Assembly (NCBI GenBank): GCA_032718475.1
Contig: JAUCBJ010001147.1
Location: 1 to 63,969, forward strand
DNA length: 63,969 nucleotides
Reading direction: 5' to 3'
Origin: Nemertoderma westbladi
Taxonomy: Eukaryota > Animalia > Xenacoelomorpha
Each line of letters begins with the position of its first letter. Position 1 is the first letter of the stretch. The notes below the pieces were generated by a model. That model did not search any database. It saw nothing but the letters and a program-made list of their open reading frames with translations, and was not told where the DNA came from. The position numbers were made by a program, and so were the translations under genes. Below are positions 63,501 to 63,969 of the stretch, in pieces.

Positions 63501-63969
63501 AATTTCATCAGGAGAAATGCCTCCAAATGTTATTGAGATTGCATGAAACTTGAAATAGAGGTAGAATTACGCAAATCATGGGTGGGTGAGTCAGAATTTT
63601 CATTTTTGCTTTCAACTATACTATAACGTACTCTAAACACTCATTGAAAATGTTAACATTTTAGTCTTTACTTTTTGCTATGCTGTGTTTTTATATTCTC
63701 GGGTGCTCTCCTATCTAATATATACCGGCTTGACCGGTGCGCACGATGAAATGAAATGAAATATTAGAGTACAACCATTTAAAAAGGTCGATATTGCACC
63801 AGTTACACCATACACCGCAGTTATTCTTCAACCATATCTGCTTTTAGTAACATTCGTTGTTAAGGGAAAAAATTTACATTTGAACCCACAGAAAAACGTT
63901 TATAGGCAATAAAATAAAAAATAACCAAAAGGTAATACAACATTGTTGCGCGGGTGTGGCCAACATGTA

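Noticed and set aside
1-63969. Prokaryotic or phage origin of the window
   Set aside because: Spliceosomal introns, LINEs, SINEs, LTR elements and metazoan-type genes indicate a eukaryotic nuclear genome.

Overview
AT-rich eukaryotic (probably invertebrate animal) genomic DNA dominated by nested mobile elements, with three recognisable host genes. The most unusual feature is a ~10 kb degraded Polinton/adintovirus-like segment (~6.4-17.1 kb, all genes on the minus strand). It encodes a ~1340-aa protein-primed family-B DNA polymerase, split by a TTAA piggyBac-type MITE whose removal restores the frame. The polymerase is flanked by a divergent TATA-binding-protein homologue and a PC4-like ssDNA-binding/coactivator homologue, and is followed by a long imperfect hairpin, a perfect 129-bp palindrome and a CTACTACT terminus. 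Other elements include a 6.1 kb DDE transposon with ~1.17 kb TIRs and a TACA TSD, two opposed BEL/Pao LTR elements (one with an AATGG TSD inside a Gypsy pol), RTE- and CR1-like LINEs, a tRNA-derived SINE, a tandem dimer of a 3 kb non-coding element with GGT at all three junctions, TGT-targeting DINE-like elements, MULE-like MITEs with 9-bp TSDs and several minisatellites. Host genes are an F-type lectin (2 exons seen), a 5-exon rhodanese/sulfurtransferase whose splice donors are tandemly amplified, and an intronless TMEM8/PGAP6-like gene. All family assignments come from motif recognition by eye, not database searches.
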